A DNA stretch of 51,281 bases from a virus. Its lineage: Duplodnaviria; Caudoviricetes. Under the pieces are notes generated by a model, which made no database searches, had not been told where the DNA came from, and saw nothing but the letters and a program-made list of their open reading frames with translations. The stretch covers positions 1-51,281 of IMG/VR virus record IMGVR_UViG_3300048865_000015. One strand, given 5' to 3'. Of the stretch, positions 26,828 to 37,611 are shown one piece after another (within the stretch, counting starts at the first letter, position 1; each line of letters starts with the position of its first letter). The position numbers were made by a program, and so were the translations under genes.

Positions 26828-29356
26828 ATGGCTGGACAACTCCAGCAGTCGTTCCGGGAGAATGACCCCCGGCTTCCCGACTTCAGCGGTGCCGCGTCCG
26901 TGCGCACCCAGCAGGCCGTGCCTGCCCCCACGCCGCAGTATGCCGGCGCACAGAAGGCCCAAGCCTTCCAGGCGCTGTCCAATGCCTTCGGCAATTTCTT
27001 CGGCGGCCTGAACCAGACGCTCCAGAACGTCAACAACACCGTAGAGACCGAGCACCTCGTACAGACCCAGCGCGAGAACGAAGCGCTCCAGAAGCAGGCC
27101 GTGGCCGACCAGGGCGAAGGCCGCGAGATGGACCCGAAGTACGCGGGCCGTCAGTCCTACTACGAGGCATACCAGAACTCGGCGGCGGACGCCCATGCCT
27201 TCGACCTGAGCCAAGGGCTGGAGCAGAAGCTCCGCGAGATGCCCAAGGACGGCTCGGTGAATCCCGCCGACGTCGCGGCGGAGCACTTCCGCCAGGAGTT
27301 CGGCTCGGGCACCGGCGACCGCGACTTCGACTCGCGGCTCCTGTACCAGTACCACCAGACCGCGCAGCGCCTTGTCGCCGCGACCAACGAGCAGGTCGCA
27401 CAGACCGTCGAGCGCAACACCACGGCCGGCATCATCAACGATGCCGTGACCCAGATGAACTCCGCCGAGGGCATGACCCCCGGCAAGTTCGCTGACCTGA
27501 ACTCGCGCATCCTGACGGTAACCCGTGGGGACCAAGTGCAGGCCGACAAGATCGTCGAGGCCGCGCTGTCCGACCCGCGCAACCTGACGCAGTCGCTGTC
27601 CATGCTGAACTCCCTTCAGGAGTCCGGCTGGGCCGACCGCAACCCCGACGCCTACAACCGCATCTCGCAGCAGGCCGTCCAGAACATCCACAAGATCAAG
27701 TCGGTCCAGGCCGGCATGGAGGTGGACAACTGGAATGCGCGGGCTCACGCGCTCGCGCTGAACCCCAACGCCACCCCGGCGGACTGGGCGCAGCTGGCGG
27801 CGGAGGCGCACCAGATCGACTCGAATCACGGTGTCGGCATGGAGCGCTTCGGGATGGTGTACGCCGGCTTAAGGACCGCCGCGACCAAGCAGGCGGGGGT
27901 CAACCTGTTCCTCCAGACCCTGAATGGCTTCGGTGGATCCCATGACCCCGGCGTGGTCGCCACGCACTTCGGGGAGAAGGCATCGGCCGTCACGGACAAG
28001 TACATGGACCCTGGGATCTCCCAGCTGGTCTCCGGCCCCGGGTCGAATTACCCGGCGCTGCGCGACTCCATGGGTGGCAATGCGGGCTACGTGGATCCGC
28101 TCGCGGACGACCAGACGCCCACCGAGTTCGCCTCGCTGATCTCCCAGCCGGCCATCCGGCAGGCGTCGGACAACGGCATGCCTCCGCGCATCAAGACGCA
28201 AATCAGCAACGCCCTGCTGGGCACGGACCCGACCAACGGTTCCCGCGCCTTCCAGCTCATGACGCAGCTGGAGGCCCGCGTCGGCTCCGCCGGCCTGAGC
28301 CGCTACTTCAGTGACCCCAACGCCGAGCTGGTGTACCAGGGCATGAAGGCCATCGCTCCGGCGAACGGCGACGTGACCAAGGTATTCCAGGACGTCCGGG
28401 ACAACTGGCAGGAAACGCAGAAGCTCGCCAAGCAGTACGAGTCCGGCAACGTGAATCTCGCGGACATCTTCGGCCAAACCGGCATGAAGCCCGATGAGAT
28501 CGACAAGGCGTTCCGTGACGGCATGAGCAAGGCCCTGGCGAAGGACACCGGCCGCGCCGGGTTCTTCTCGAATCCCACGGCCGGCATCTCGCCGTCGCAG
28601 ATGAACCAGCTGAAGGCCATGGTCGCGTACCAGGGCATCAAGCTGCAAGGCGCCGGGGCGCTGGACCTCAAGACCGCCATCGCCAACACGGCGACGGTCT
28701 TCCAGAACCGCTTCCTTGCCCTGCCCGGCAAGAACGGCGCAGTGTCGTATGTGGCCGACCCATTCGACGGCAAGGGCCGCGCTATGCGTGCCCCGCTGAA
28801 CGGCGATCCCAACAGCCCCATCTCGACGCTCAAGGGTTACGGCGCGGTCTATGCCGGCTTCCCCATGATGAACGCGCTGGGAGAGCAGGAGGACCCCGTC
28901 AAGACGGCCCGCAAGGACCTGGAGCTGATGCACAAGACGCTGCCCGGGATGGTCGCTGACTCCGACCAGCTGTCCCTGGGACGGCCCCGCGCGGACGGCC
29001 TGATGCCGATCCTGAACATCACGGGTCAACCCATACAGATCGCCGCCGGCCAGAACATCTCCGTACTCAGCGATGAGAAGGTGCCGTTCTGGTCCATGCA
29101 CGTCACCCAGCAGTATCAGGTCAAGCCGGCCAAGGTGCCGAACGATCCGCAGGAGGCCCAGGAGTTCTTCAAGCAGCACCTGCCGCCTGGAGTCTTCCCG
29201 GTCTACTCGCCGTCGTCCCACACCTACACGCTGCACTACGGCTTCCGCCTGATGGGCGACGAAGAGGCGCGTGAGGCGTCGCTGGCGAAGCAGGCCGAAC
29301 GGTGGAGTCACCGCGACGGCAATAACCCGCCTGACGGTCTGGGCGTCACCTTCTGA
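26828..29356 (+). CDS. Internal virion protein (gp15-like)
   Basis: 842-aa helical protein; GGAGG RBS; synteny. Confidence 0.7.
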   Translation: MAGQLQQSFRENDPRLPDFSGAASVRTQQAVPAPTPQYAGAQKAQAFQALSNAFGNFFGGLNQTLQNVNNTVETEHLVQTQRENEALQKQAVADQGEGREMDPKYAGRQSYYEAYQNSAADAHAFDLSQGLEQKLREMPKDGSVNPADVAAEHFRQEFGSGTGDRDFDSRLLYQYHQTAQRLVAATNEQVAQTVERNTTAGIINDAVTQMNSAEGMTPGKFADLNSRILTVTRGDQVQADKIVEAALSDPRNLTQSLSMLNSLQESGWADRNPDAYNRISQQAVQNIHKIKSVQAGMEVDNWNARAHALALNPNATPADWAQLAAEAHQIDSNHGVGMERFGMVYAGLRTAATKQAGVNLFLQTLNGFGGSHDPGVVATHFGEKASAVTDKYMDPGISQLVSGPGSNYPALRDSMGGNAGYVDPLADDQTPTEFASLISQPAIRQASDNGMPPRIKTQISNALLGTDPTNGSRAFQLMTQLEARVGSAGLSRYFSDPNAELVYQGMKAIAPANGDVTKVFQDVRDNWQETQKLAKQYESGNVNLADIFGQTGMKPDEIDKAFRDGMSKALAKDTGRAGFFSNPTAGISPSQMNQLKAMVAYQGIKLQGAGALDLKTAIANTATVFQNRFLALPGKNGAVSYVADPFDGKGRAMRAPLNGDPNSPISTLKGYGAVYAGFPMMNALGEQEDPVKTARKDLELMHKTLPGMVADSDQLSLGRPRADGLMPILNITGQPIQIAAGQNISVLSDEKVPFWSMHVTQQYQVKPAKVPNDPQEAQEFFKQHLPPGVFPVYSPSSHTYTLHYGFRLMGDEEAREASLAKQAERWSHRDGNNPPDGLGVTF

Positions 29357-29361
29357 TAACC

Positions 29362-30174
29362 ATGAACGACGATATAAACCCGCAGGCCATCATGAGCCAA
29401 GCCCTGCAAACGCAGATCGACCAACGGACCATGTCCGGCGAGCTGCGCGTGCAGAAGCAGGTAGCCCAGCAACCCGCGACCGGAGGTTCCACCTGGGACC
29501 TCCCGTCGTTCTTTGACTACCTACGGAACAACAAAGCAGTGGTCCCACAATTTCAAGGCGCAGCGCAACCGGCCGGCGGCTGGTTCGACCAAGCGTCCCA
29601 AGCCATTGGTGGCACCGAGGGCTTCGAGTCCAAGGCGTACCACGGCGTCTACTCCCCTCTCCGCAAACCCGGGGACATCTTCGTGAAACCCGGTGAATAC
29701 CAACCGGGCATGAAGTCCGAAGTGTCCATCGGCTACGGCTACAACATCGCAGGCAACCCCGACTCCGAGAACGTGTTCAAGGACGTCCTGGGCATCGACA
29801 AGGATCGCTACACCAAGATCGTGAACGGCCAGGACGGCATCACGCCCGCCGAGGGCATGAAGCTGCGGGACTACATGATCTATCAGGCCAACGCATCGCT
29901 GGACCGGCAGATCAAGCAGCCGCTGTCCGACCACCAACGCGCCGCCCTGGTGTCGATGGTCTACAACTTCGGCCCCACCGGCTTCGCGCGTACCGGCATC
30001 CCGGCGGCGATCAACGCTGGCGCGGATCCGCAGAAGGTCGCGCAGATGATCCAGGCGGCCTCCCCGGCACAGCCCAAGCTGAAGGCGCGGCGCCAAGCCG
30101 AAGCGCAGCTTTTCCTGGGCGTCCAGGGTGCGTCGCAGATGCTCGCCAGCACTACCTCCAACTACACCAAGTAA
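29362..30174 (+). CDS. GH24 phage lysozyme with N-terminal extension
   Basis: EGFESKAY, SIGYGYN, QRAALVSMVYNFG, RRQAEAQLF. Confidence 0.85.
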   Translation: MNDDINPQAIMSQALQTQIDQRTMSGELRVQKQVAQQPATGGSTWDLPSFFDYLRNNKAVVPQFQGAAQPAGGWFDQASQAIGGTEGFESKAYHGVYSPLRKPGDIFVKPGEYQPGMKSEVSIGYGYNIAGNPDSENVFKDVLGIDKDRYTKIVNGQDGITPAEGMKLRDYMIYQANASLDRQIKQPLSDHQRAALVSMVYNFGPTGFARTGIPAAINAGADPQKVAQMIQAASPAQPKLKARRQAEAQLFLGVQGASQMLASTTSNYTK

Positions 30175-30181
30175 ACCAATC

Positions 30182-33100
30182 GTGGCAGACACTTCCAACA
30201 TCGTCGTCGATCAACCCGGCCAGGACATGGCCGCAGTGAACACCGCCCCCGGGGTAACCCAGGAGGACACCGAGTTCGCGCACCTGAATCACTCCGATGC
30301 GCTGGACGTGGCTGCTGCGAGCTGGCGTCAGAACACCATCCTGGGCACCGTGTGGAACCACCTGGGTCACGTGGATCTCGACGCCGAGCATGACCCCACA
30401 TTCAATCCCTACGCCTACATCAAAGAGCACGAGTCCGAGTACAAGGACATCATCCCTCTGGTGGCGCAGGGCTCGGAAATATTCGACCGCGCCGACTCAA
30501 AGCGTGCGTTCGATCTGTACGTCGCGGCGCAGCGTCAGAACCTGAAGGACCGCGAGACCATTGCGAACGGCGACGCCTGGGGCACCGTCCTGGGCCTGGG
30601 CGCCTCAATGCTCGACGTGACGGCCCTGGCAAGCCTGGGCGGTCTCGCCTTCAAGGGCGCCGCCGCAGCGACCACGCTGGGCCGCATGGGCATCGGCGCA
30701 GGCATCGCGGGAATCGACCAGGGCATCAACGAGGCCGTCTCGCACCAGCTGGACGACACCCGGACGGCTGAAGAGTCGTTCATGAATATCGGGACCGGCG
30801 TGGCCCTCGGCGGTGCGCTTGGCCCCATCTTCGTTCACGCGAAGCCGGACAACCCGCTGAACCCGGGCCACCCGGACAACCCGCTGCACCCTGACAACCT
30901 GGACAACGTCCACCCCGTCAACGAGCACTACGTCGGCCAAGTCCCCGAAGAGGGCGACTCCATCGGCGCCATGCGAGCTACGCGCGGCAACGAGGCCAAC
31001 GAGATCGCCAAGGGCAAGGGCAAGATCGCCCAGGCCATCGACTGGGCACTGGCGTCCCGCTTTACCCCGCTGGGCCGCCTGACGAATTACAAGTCCCCCG
31101 CTGCCCGCGAGGGCCTGCTGTCGATGTACGACACCGGCGGGATCCTGACCCGCGCCATGGCCGAGGGTGAGGCGCGTCCGGTCGAAGCCGAGACGATCAA
31201 GACCATATTCGACCAGCGAGCGCAGGCGGTACGCAACGACGTCGCCCAGATCTACCGGCAGGCCAACGTGGACCTCGGGCAATCTGCGGTCGGCGCGGAC
31301 CTGCGCGGGGTCGTCAACACGATTACCCTGGGCGGCAAGGACATCAACACCGTCCCGCAGCAGGCGTTCAACGAAGCCATCACCCTGATCCAGCACGGCA
31401 GCAATGCCGGCGCCCCGTCCTCGCAGATCAGCCAGGACGTCATGGATCACCTCGTCGCCTCCGGCCTGACGCCGGATCAAGCGAAGCTCGTCCACAAGCG
31501 CGTATACGAGGCCGAGGCCCGCTACCACCAAGCCTACGAGGATGTGTGGAACGAGGCCGTCCGCATCGGATTGGCTGACCCCAAGACCGCCGTGGAAGGC
31601 CGGTACGGTATGCCGCAGCTCTGGGACCGCGAGCGCATCGACGCGGACGCCATGGGCTTCAAGGCGATCATGCACCAGCACCTGGGCACCAAGCCCACGG
31701 AAGACTGGCTGCGCGAGGAAGGCTGGATCAAGGACCCGAACAAGCCGGCGACGGCTCCGGCGTCCGGTGAGAAGGCCGTCGAGATCCCGTACTCGTCCTG
31801 GGACGACATCGTCAACTCCGGCGACAAGACACTCCAGAATGACATCCTGAACCACTGGCGCGGCGAAGAGCAGGCGTTCCAGAACGACTACCTCCAGGCC
31901 CAGCTCCAGGCCGCCGAGCAGCGTCAGCTCAAGGCGCAGGAGGACGCAGCCGAACTCCTGAAGCAACTCGGCAAGGCCGAGACCGAGCACACCCAGTCCC
32001 GGCTGTCGGAGATGCGGGCCGCCGCCCGTCACGCCGAGCGCCACATGGTCGCCCAGCGCCTGGGTAGCGCCCAGTTGAAGGCGGAGAAGGCCGAGGCGAA
32101 GGTCAAGGCCGTCCTGGCGCGTACCGGCGGTGACCCCGATGGGATCGCGGCGGACCTCCAGCAGGCCCTGCGAGACAACGGGTTCGCCATCGACCGCCAG
32201 GGTCCGAAGATCCCCGAGGCCGAAGCCAGGGTATCCGAGGCCGACGCCCTGGTCGCCTCCCTGAAAGGGAAGAAGGCCGAGAACGTCGAAGCCCGCGCCG
32301 GGCTGACCGAGGACACCCCCGAGCGGCGCCAGCTGCGCAGGGACTCCCGGAAGATCAATCAGGATCTCCGCGACGCCATCAAGGCCCACCAGGACGCCCA
32401 GGTCGAGCTCCGGGACGCCAACGCTTCCCTGGACCGCCTCGCCAAGGAGCAGCGGAACAGCCAGAAATGGCTCGAAGCTGTAGCCAAGGACGTGGAGACC
32501 ATGAAGGCGAACGAGGCCGAGGCACTCCTGGATCCGGGTCTCCGCGCTGCGAACGAAGGGCAGGCCGACCGGCTGGCCTACCTGAAGCAGAAGCTGGACG
32601 AAGCCACCCAGGCTCGCCGGGCCGCCTACGCCGCCCGACGTCAGCTGGGCCAGGACGCCCGTGCCGCCGCCAAGGAATCCGGCCGCGCCGCCGCCGCGCT
32701 GCGCAAGACCGCGTTCAAGGCCCGCAAGTACACCTCCGACACGTCACCCCTGGTCAAGTACGTCGACCAGCTGGCGAACAACCTGCGAGGCAACGAGCGG
32801 GCTCCGCGCGGTCTCCTGTTGGACGAGGCGCCGACCACCGGCCGCCTGAAGGAACGGAAGTTCCAGTTCAACAACGACGAGTACCGGCAGCTGCGCGAGG
32901 CCGGCTTCCTGAAGTCCAACGCGGACGACGCATTCATGGGCTACCACCAGGACCTGGGCGGACACATTGCCGTCCACCGGGCCATGGGCGGGCGCAAGAT
33001 GGAAGACGTGATGCGCGAGGTCCAGGAGGACTACGACCGCATGATCGGCAGCGAGGCGGACCCGAAGAAGCGCGAGCAGCTCAAGGCTGAGGCCAAGAGC

Positions 33101-34426
33101 GCTCTCGATGACCTCCAGGCCGCCCGTGACCGCATCCTGGGCAAGTACGATCCCAAGGACCACAACGGTCTCGTGTGGACCGCCGACATGGTCAAGAAGC
33201 TGGGCATCGTCCGCTACATGGGCGGGTTCATCTTCTCGTCCATCGGTGACATCGCCCAGGCCGCGTTCGCGGCCCCTGGCTCCGTCCTGAAGACCATCGC
33301 GTTCAAGGGTGCCCGCGACTACTCCTACATCCTGAAGAAGGCTGCGGAAGGCGACGCGGACATGAAAGAGCTGGAGCGGATCCTCGGCTCCTTCGAGACC
33401 GGCCTGCACATGAACATGAGCGACAAGGCCCTGGGCCGTGGCGCCGTGCGTGACTACGTGGGCTTCGGCTCCGGCATGACCCGGGACCTCTCGGGGAAAG
33501 CGGAGAAGCTCTTCGACGTCATGGCGGACGCGGGCAACAAGCTGTCGGGACTCAAGGCGTGGTCGGACAACATCCGCCGCACTGCGGGGCTCGTGCAGCT
33601 CGCCAACATCCGCGAATGGGTCGGCAGCTACGCGAAGCTCAACGCGAGCAAGCGGGCTCAATTGGCCGTCCTGGGCATCGGTGAAGCCGAGGCCAAGCGG
33701 CTGAACGAGCTGTTCGCCAAGTACGGCACGGAGCAGCGCCGAGGTCTCTTCAGCCCCGGGATGTCCAAGTGGCTCGACGAGCCCGATGGCGAGGCCATGA
33801 AGTACGTCCTGGAGTCCGCGCTCGTCAAGGCGCAGAAGCGTGCCTCTTACACGTCTGGCTACGGCAACCAGCCGCTCCTGATGGACAAGTGGTACGGCAA
33901 GCTGTTCTTGCAGTTCCAGTCCCAGGCGTTCCAGTTCACCAACAACTTCCTCCGCGCTGGCTTCCAGCACGGGGCAGTCACAGGTGACCAATGGCGCTTC
34001 GCCTCGGCGCTCGGTACGGCCCTGGCCGCCGGTGTCCTGATGAATGCCATCGCCACGTTCCGCAAGGGCGAGGACATCCAGAAGCAGCTCGATAACCCCG
34101 AGCAGTTCGCCTACAACGTTATCCAGCGCTCCAGCCTCCTGGGCTGGGCAGGCTCGTATGTAGACGCGGGCGTCAAGCTCATGGACCCAGTCCTGCAAAA
34201 GCACGCCGGGTTCACGCTCGGCGGCGGGGCCTCGAAGTACTCCCAGAACTCCTGGCTCGCCAACCTGATCGGGCCGTGGGGCGGGAACATCGAGACGCTC
34301 CAGCAGATCGGCGCCAACGCCGTGAACGGTGACTTCGACAAGATGGGCAAGAAGGCCCTCCTGCTCGCTCCCCTCAACCAGCAAATGTCCATCGTAGGAC
34401 GCATAGTCTCAACCCTCAACAACTAG
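30182..34426 (+). CDS. Large internal virion protein (gp16-like)
   Basis: ~1410 aa, coiled coils, KLFLQFQSQAF; synteny. Confidence 0.75.
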   Translation: MADTSNIVVDQPGQDMAAVNTAPGVTQEDTEFAHLNHSDALDVAAASWRQNTILGTVWNHLGHVDLDAEHDPTFNPYAYIKEHESEYKDIIPLVAQGSEIFDRADSKRAFDLYVAAQRQNLKDRETIANGDAWGTVLGLGASMLDVTALASLGGLAFKGAAAATTLGRMGIGAGIAGIDQGINEAVSHQLDDTRTAEESFMNIGTGVALGGALGPIFVHAKPDNPLNPGHPDNPLHPDNLDNVHPVNEHYVGQVPEEGDSIGAMRATRGNEANEIAKGKGKIAQAIDWALASRFTPLGRLTNYKSPAAREGLLSMYDTGGILTRAMAEGEARPVEAETIKTIFDQRAQAVRNDVAQIYRQANVDLGQSAVGADLRGVVNTITLGGKDINTVPQQAFNEAITLIQHGSNAGAPSSQISQDVMDHLVASGLTPDQAKLVHKRVYEAEARYHQAYEDVWNEAVRIGLADPKTAVEGRYGMPQLWDRERIDADAMGFKAIMHQHLGTKPTEDWLREEGWIKDPNKPATAPASGEKAVEIPYSSWDDIVNSGDKTLQNDILNHWRGEEQAFQNDYLQAQLQAAEQRQLKAQEDAAELLKQLGKAETEHTQSRLSEMRAAARHAERHMVAQRLGSAQLKAEKAEAKVKAVLARTGGDPDGIAADLQQALRDNGFAIDRQGPKIPEAEARVSEADALVASLKGKKAENVEARAGLTEDTPERRQLRRDSRKINQDLRDAIKAHQDAQVELRDANASLDRLAKEQRNSQKWLEAVAKDVETMKANEAEALLDPGLRAANEGQADRLAYLKQKLDEATQARRAAYAARRQLGQDARAAAKESGRAAAALRKTAFKARKYTSDTSPLVKYVDQLANNLRGNERAPRGLLLDEAPTTGRLKERKFQFNNDEYRQLREAGFLKSNADDAFMGYHQDLGGHIAVHRAMGGRKMEDVMREVQEDYDRMIGSEADPKKREQLKAEAKSALDDLQAARDRILGKYDPKDHNGLVWTADMVKKLGIVRYMGGFIFSSIGDIAQAAFAAPGSVLKTIAFKGARDYSYILKKAAEGDADMKELERILGSFETGLHMNMSDKALGRGAVRDYVGFGSGMTRDLSGKAEKLFDVMADAGNKLSGLKAWSDNIRRTAGLVQLANIREWVGSYAKLNASKRAQLAVLGIGEAEAKRLNELFAKYGTEQRRGLFSPGMSKWLDEPDGEAMKYVLESALVKAQKRASYTSGYGNQPLLMDKWYGKLFLQFQSQAFQFTNNFLRAGFQHGAVTGDQWRFASALGTALAAGVLMNAIATFRKGEDIQKQLDNPEQFAYNVIQRSSLLGWAGSYVDAGVKLMDPVLQKHAGFTLGGGASKYSQNSWLANLIGPWGGNIETLQQIGANAVNGDFDKMGKKALLLAPLNQQMSIVGRIVSTLNN

Positions 34427-36564
34427 TGTTCCCCACGACCTACCAGACGGACGGCACAACGACCGTCTTCACGTTCGACTGGCCGTACCTGGATCGGTCG
34501 CACGTTTTCGTCACGGTGAACGACGCCCCGCGCTCGTTCTCCTTTATCGACGATCACACCCTCAAGATCGTGGACCTCTTCGGGAATCCGTTCCCGGAGG
34601 GGCTCCCGCTCAAGATTTACCGGGTAACCCCCGACCTCGTTTCTTACGCGGCGTTCAAGGATGCCGCGAACCTCACCGCTGACGACCTGAACCGCGCCCG
34701 GTTGCAGGTGCTGTTCCTGGTACAGGAGCGCAGCGGTGGCATCGCCGGCTACATCGGGCAGGCGATCCAGAATGTCACCAACGAGATCGACACGATCTCC
34801 GGTGCCCTCGATACGCTCGCGGAGACGCAAGGGATTCTCCAGGCTGGCCTGGGGACCTTGGAAGGTCTCAACTCCCGCATCGAGAAGATCGAGAACGGCG
34901 CCCAGGCGCTGCAAGACCAGATCAACCAGGAGATCCAGAACCGCTCGGAAGCCGACTCGTCGCTGTCCCAGCGGATCGACAGCCTGGAGGTCGACACCGC
35001 CAACTACAAGGCGCAGTTCAACTCCCAGATCACGCTGCTGTCCAGCGAGCAAGAAGCGCTCGCCGCGCTGACCCAGTCCTTGTCCGCCCGCGTCGACAAC
35101 ATCGACACCGGCGGAGACGACGATGGGAACCCCGGCGACGACACGGACGACCTCGCGGCGTCGATCATCAACTCGGCCGTAGCGTCGGTCAAGCAGGACT
35201 TCAGCCTGGGCGGAAAGATCTCTGCGGTCGCGCAGCAGATCGAGACCCTGGAGGCGGACCTCAACGACAACGTCAAGGCCATGATCCAGGTGGAGCAGCA
35301 GGCGCGTGTCGACGCCGACGAGGCGCTGGCAACGCAAATCACCACGCTCCAGTCTGAAGTCGGAGACAACCTGTCCCAGGTCGTCGAAGAGATCAAGGCG
35401 GACATCACGTCCGTCGACGGCAAGGTGACCGGCCTGGAGTCCCAGTGGACCCTCAAGGCCCAGGTGACCCGCGCGGACGGCACGGTGGTCATGGGCGGCA
35501 TCGGGCTCGCAGCGACGGCCAACGATGACTACGTCGGGTCCAAGCTTGCCCTGATGGCCGACGCGGTCCTCTTCGTGGACCCCAACACGCCAGACGGTGA
35601 GCTGGTCCCGTTCCTCGAATCGGGGCTCGTGGATGGCTCCCCGACGCTCGTTATCCCCTCGCACAACGTGGGGGACAAAACGCTTCCCGGGCGCGTCCTG
35701 GTAGATGGCTCGATTGACGCACGCGCCATCGCGGCGAACTCCATCACCGGCGACAGGCTCACGGCAGGATCCATCACCACCGACAAGGTGGCCGTGGGTC
35801 TCGGCGCCAACCTCCTGAACGCCTCTGAATTCGTCGACATGACGGGTGCGCAGCCGTCCCACTGGTACGTAGGCTACACGGGTAACGTACCGCCCGCCAA
35901 CGTCGCGTTCACGCGCGACTTGGCCGGCTGGGCGCTCCTGGGCGGCCACACCGCCTGCCTGTACCTAACCTGGACGAACGGCGACGCCAACATCGGGTCC
36001 ACCAACTGCTTTATCTATTCGGATCCGATCCCCGTGGTCGCCGGGTCGAAGTACGAGTTCTCCGCATACGTTGGGGCGCACCGGGCTCCCGCCGACATCG
36101 GAGTCTTCTGGTACGACACCAACCAAGCGGGGATAGGGGCATCGGGCTTCACCGGCACCGCCGGCTGCTCCCTCGCTAAGGACTCGTGGTTTGGCGGCCC
36201 CTCGCTGCCCGGGTACTTCCGCATGGGCGCTATCGGTAAGGCCCCGGCCAATGCCGCCATGGCCCGTCTCGTGATTCGCAAGGGCGCACACGTCGCCCCC
36301 GCGACGGACTCGTACCTGTTCATCACGCAGCCGATGTTCGCGCAGACGACGGACAACGCGACCCAACTGTCGCCATACACCCGTGGTGGCCTGTCGACCC
36401 TCATCACCCCTGGGGGTATCACGACGCCGTCGCTGTCCGCCTTGTCAGCCACCATCGGCCTCCTGCGCACGGCGGGGTCCGGGGCTCGCATGGAACTCGA
36501 ATCGAACCAGCTGCGCGTGTATGACGCCAACAACGTCCTGCGCGTGCGTCTTGGAGTTTGGTAA
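34426..36564 (+). CDS. Tail fiber/adaptor: T7 gp17 N-terminal domain, coiled coil and host-specificity-J-like C-terminus
   Basis: TDGTTTVFTFDWPYL...LTADDLN; WTLKAQV...GGIGL, LVDGSIDARAI, LRVYDANNVLRVRLGVW. Confidence 0.8.
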   Translation: MFPTTYQTDGTTTVFTFDWPYLDRSHVFVTVNDAPRSFSFIDDHTLKIVDLFGNPFPEGLPLKIYRVTPDLVSYAAFKDAANLTADDLNRARLQVLFLVQERSGGIAGYIGQAIQNVTNEIDTISGALDTLAETQGILQAGLGTLEGLNSRIEKIENGAQALQDQINQEIQNRSEADSSLSQRIDSLEVDTANYKAQFNSQITLLSSEQEALAALTQSLSARVDNIDTGGDDDGNPGDDTDDLAASIINSAVASVKQDFSLGGKISAVAQQIETLEADLNDNVKAMIQVEQQARVDADEALATQITTLQSEVGDNLSQVVEEIKADITSVDGKVTGLESQWTLKAQVTRADGTVVMGGIGLAATANDDYVGSKLALMADAVLFVDPNTPDGELVPFLESGLVDGSPTLVIPSHNVGDKTLPGRVLVDGSIDARAIAANSITGDRLTAGSITTDKVAVGLGANLLNASEFVDMTGAQPSHWYVGYTGNVPPANVAFTRDLAGWALLGGHTACLYLTWTNGDANIGSTNCFIYSDPIPVVAGSKYEFSAYVGAHRAPADIGVFWYDTNQAGIGASGFTGTAGCSLAKDSWFGGPSLPGYFRMGAIGKAPANAAMARLVIRKGAHVAPATDSYLFITQPMFAQTTDNATQLSPYTRGGLSTLITPGGITTPSLSALSATIGLLRTAGSGARMELESNQLRVYDANNVLRVRLGVW

Positions 36565-36899
36565 TGACCGCAGGTCTTCAGATATTCGACGGTGGTGGAA
36601 ACATCGTATGGGACACCGATATGTTCATCTGCCGATCCCTCGGCTACGTGGACGTCGGTATGGGCTCCGGGCAGGTAGTCGACGCCCGGTTCACCAGCGG
36701 GATCCCCTGGGCGTTCCCGGTGATGTCCGCGCCCTCGGTGATGTCCCAGCCGTCCTCGATCATATTCATCAATCAGAACCTATGGATCGCTGCCCCATCA
36801 ATCGCGTTCTCCGGGAACATGATGTTGTGGACGCGGACGAATCCAATACCGTCTGGGTGGGACACGCCAGCCTGCCGGATCTACTACGGAGTGCGATAA
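36564..36899 (+). CDS. Small tail-tip protein
   Basis: MTAGLQIFDGGGNIVWD...IYYGVR. Confidence 0.6.
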   Translation: MTAGLQIFDGGGNIVWDTDMFICRSLGYVDVGMGSGQVVDARFTSGIPWAFPVMSAPSVMSQPSSIIFINQNLWIAAPSIAFSGNMMLWTRTNPIPSGWDTPACRIYYGVR

Positions 36900-37604
36900 G
36901 TGCCGGCCGGTCTTCAAGTCTGGAACAACCAAAGCTACACCCAGATCGATGGGTCGACCACGCATACGATACTGCTGCGAAGCGGTAGCGTGACGACGAC
37001 GGCGCTTCCGCCGGGCCTTGTTATCGACGGGAACAACTACAGCCAGTGCGCGGTGACGCTGAACCCCGGAGAGATCCTGGCGTTCGGCGGTAACGGGGCG
37101 GTGGCCCATGCCGGCTCGGCGGGCAACACGGCCTACCTGCATGTCATGGCGCCGCCGGGATCTCCGGTGCTGTACTGGGTCTTTGGCAGCTACGTCCCCT
37201 CCGGCCTGAACTACGGGCTCCAAGTCTTCAACGAGAGCGGCGCCATGATCTATGACTCCGGGCGCCTGCCCATTCGCGTAGTGGGCGAGGTCATGGGAGT
37301 CGGTACGTTCACCGGGTATCCCTCGGGCCGGCAGCTTGCCCTGGTGCCGTGGACGCAGCATGCCATCCTGACGCGCTCATCCGCCCCCGGCGGTCAGTTC
37401 GGCGTCGTGCTGTTGCAGACCACCACCACGGGATTCGCGCGGGTCGACTACACCGGCACGGTGTTCATAAGTGACGCCACATATCTGCGGCAGCAGTACC
37501 TCTACCAGATCCAGACCGGCCAAGGTGAACCCAATGGCTGGTCAGGCTCCTTCGATAACCTCCTTCAGAACAAGTACACCGTGATTGACGTCACGGGCTA
37601 TTAA
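36900..37604 (+). CDS. Tail-tip protein
   Basis: MPAGLQVWN, YGLQVFNESGAMIYDS, VIDVTGY. Confidence 0.6.
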   Translation: MPAGLQVWNNQSYTQIDGSTTHTILLRSGSVTTTALPPGLVIDGNNYSQCAVTLNPGEILAFGGNGAVAHAGSAGNTAYLHVMAPPGSPVLYWVFGSYVPSGLNYGLQVFNESGAMIYDSGRLPIRVVGEVMGVGTFTGYPSGRQLALVPWTQHAILTRSSAPGGQFGVVLLQTTTTGFARVDYTGTVFISDATYLRQQYLYQIQTGQGEPNGWSGSFDNLLQNKYTVIDVTGY

Positions 37605-37611
37605 GGACACC

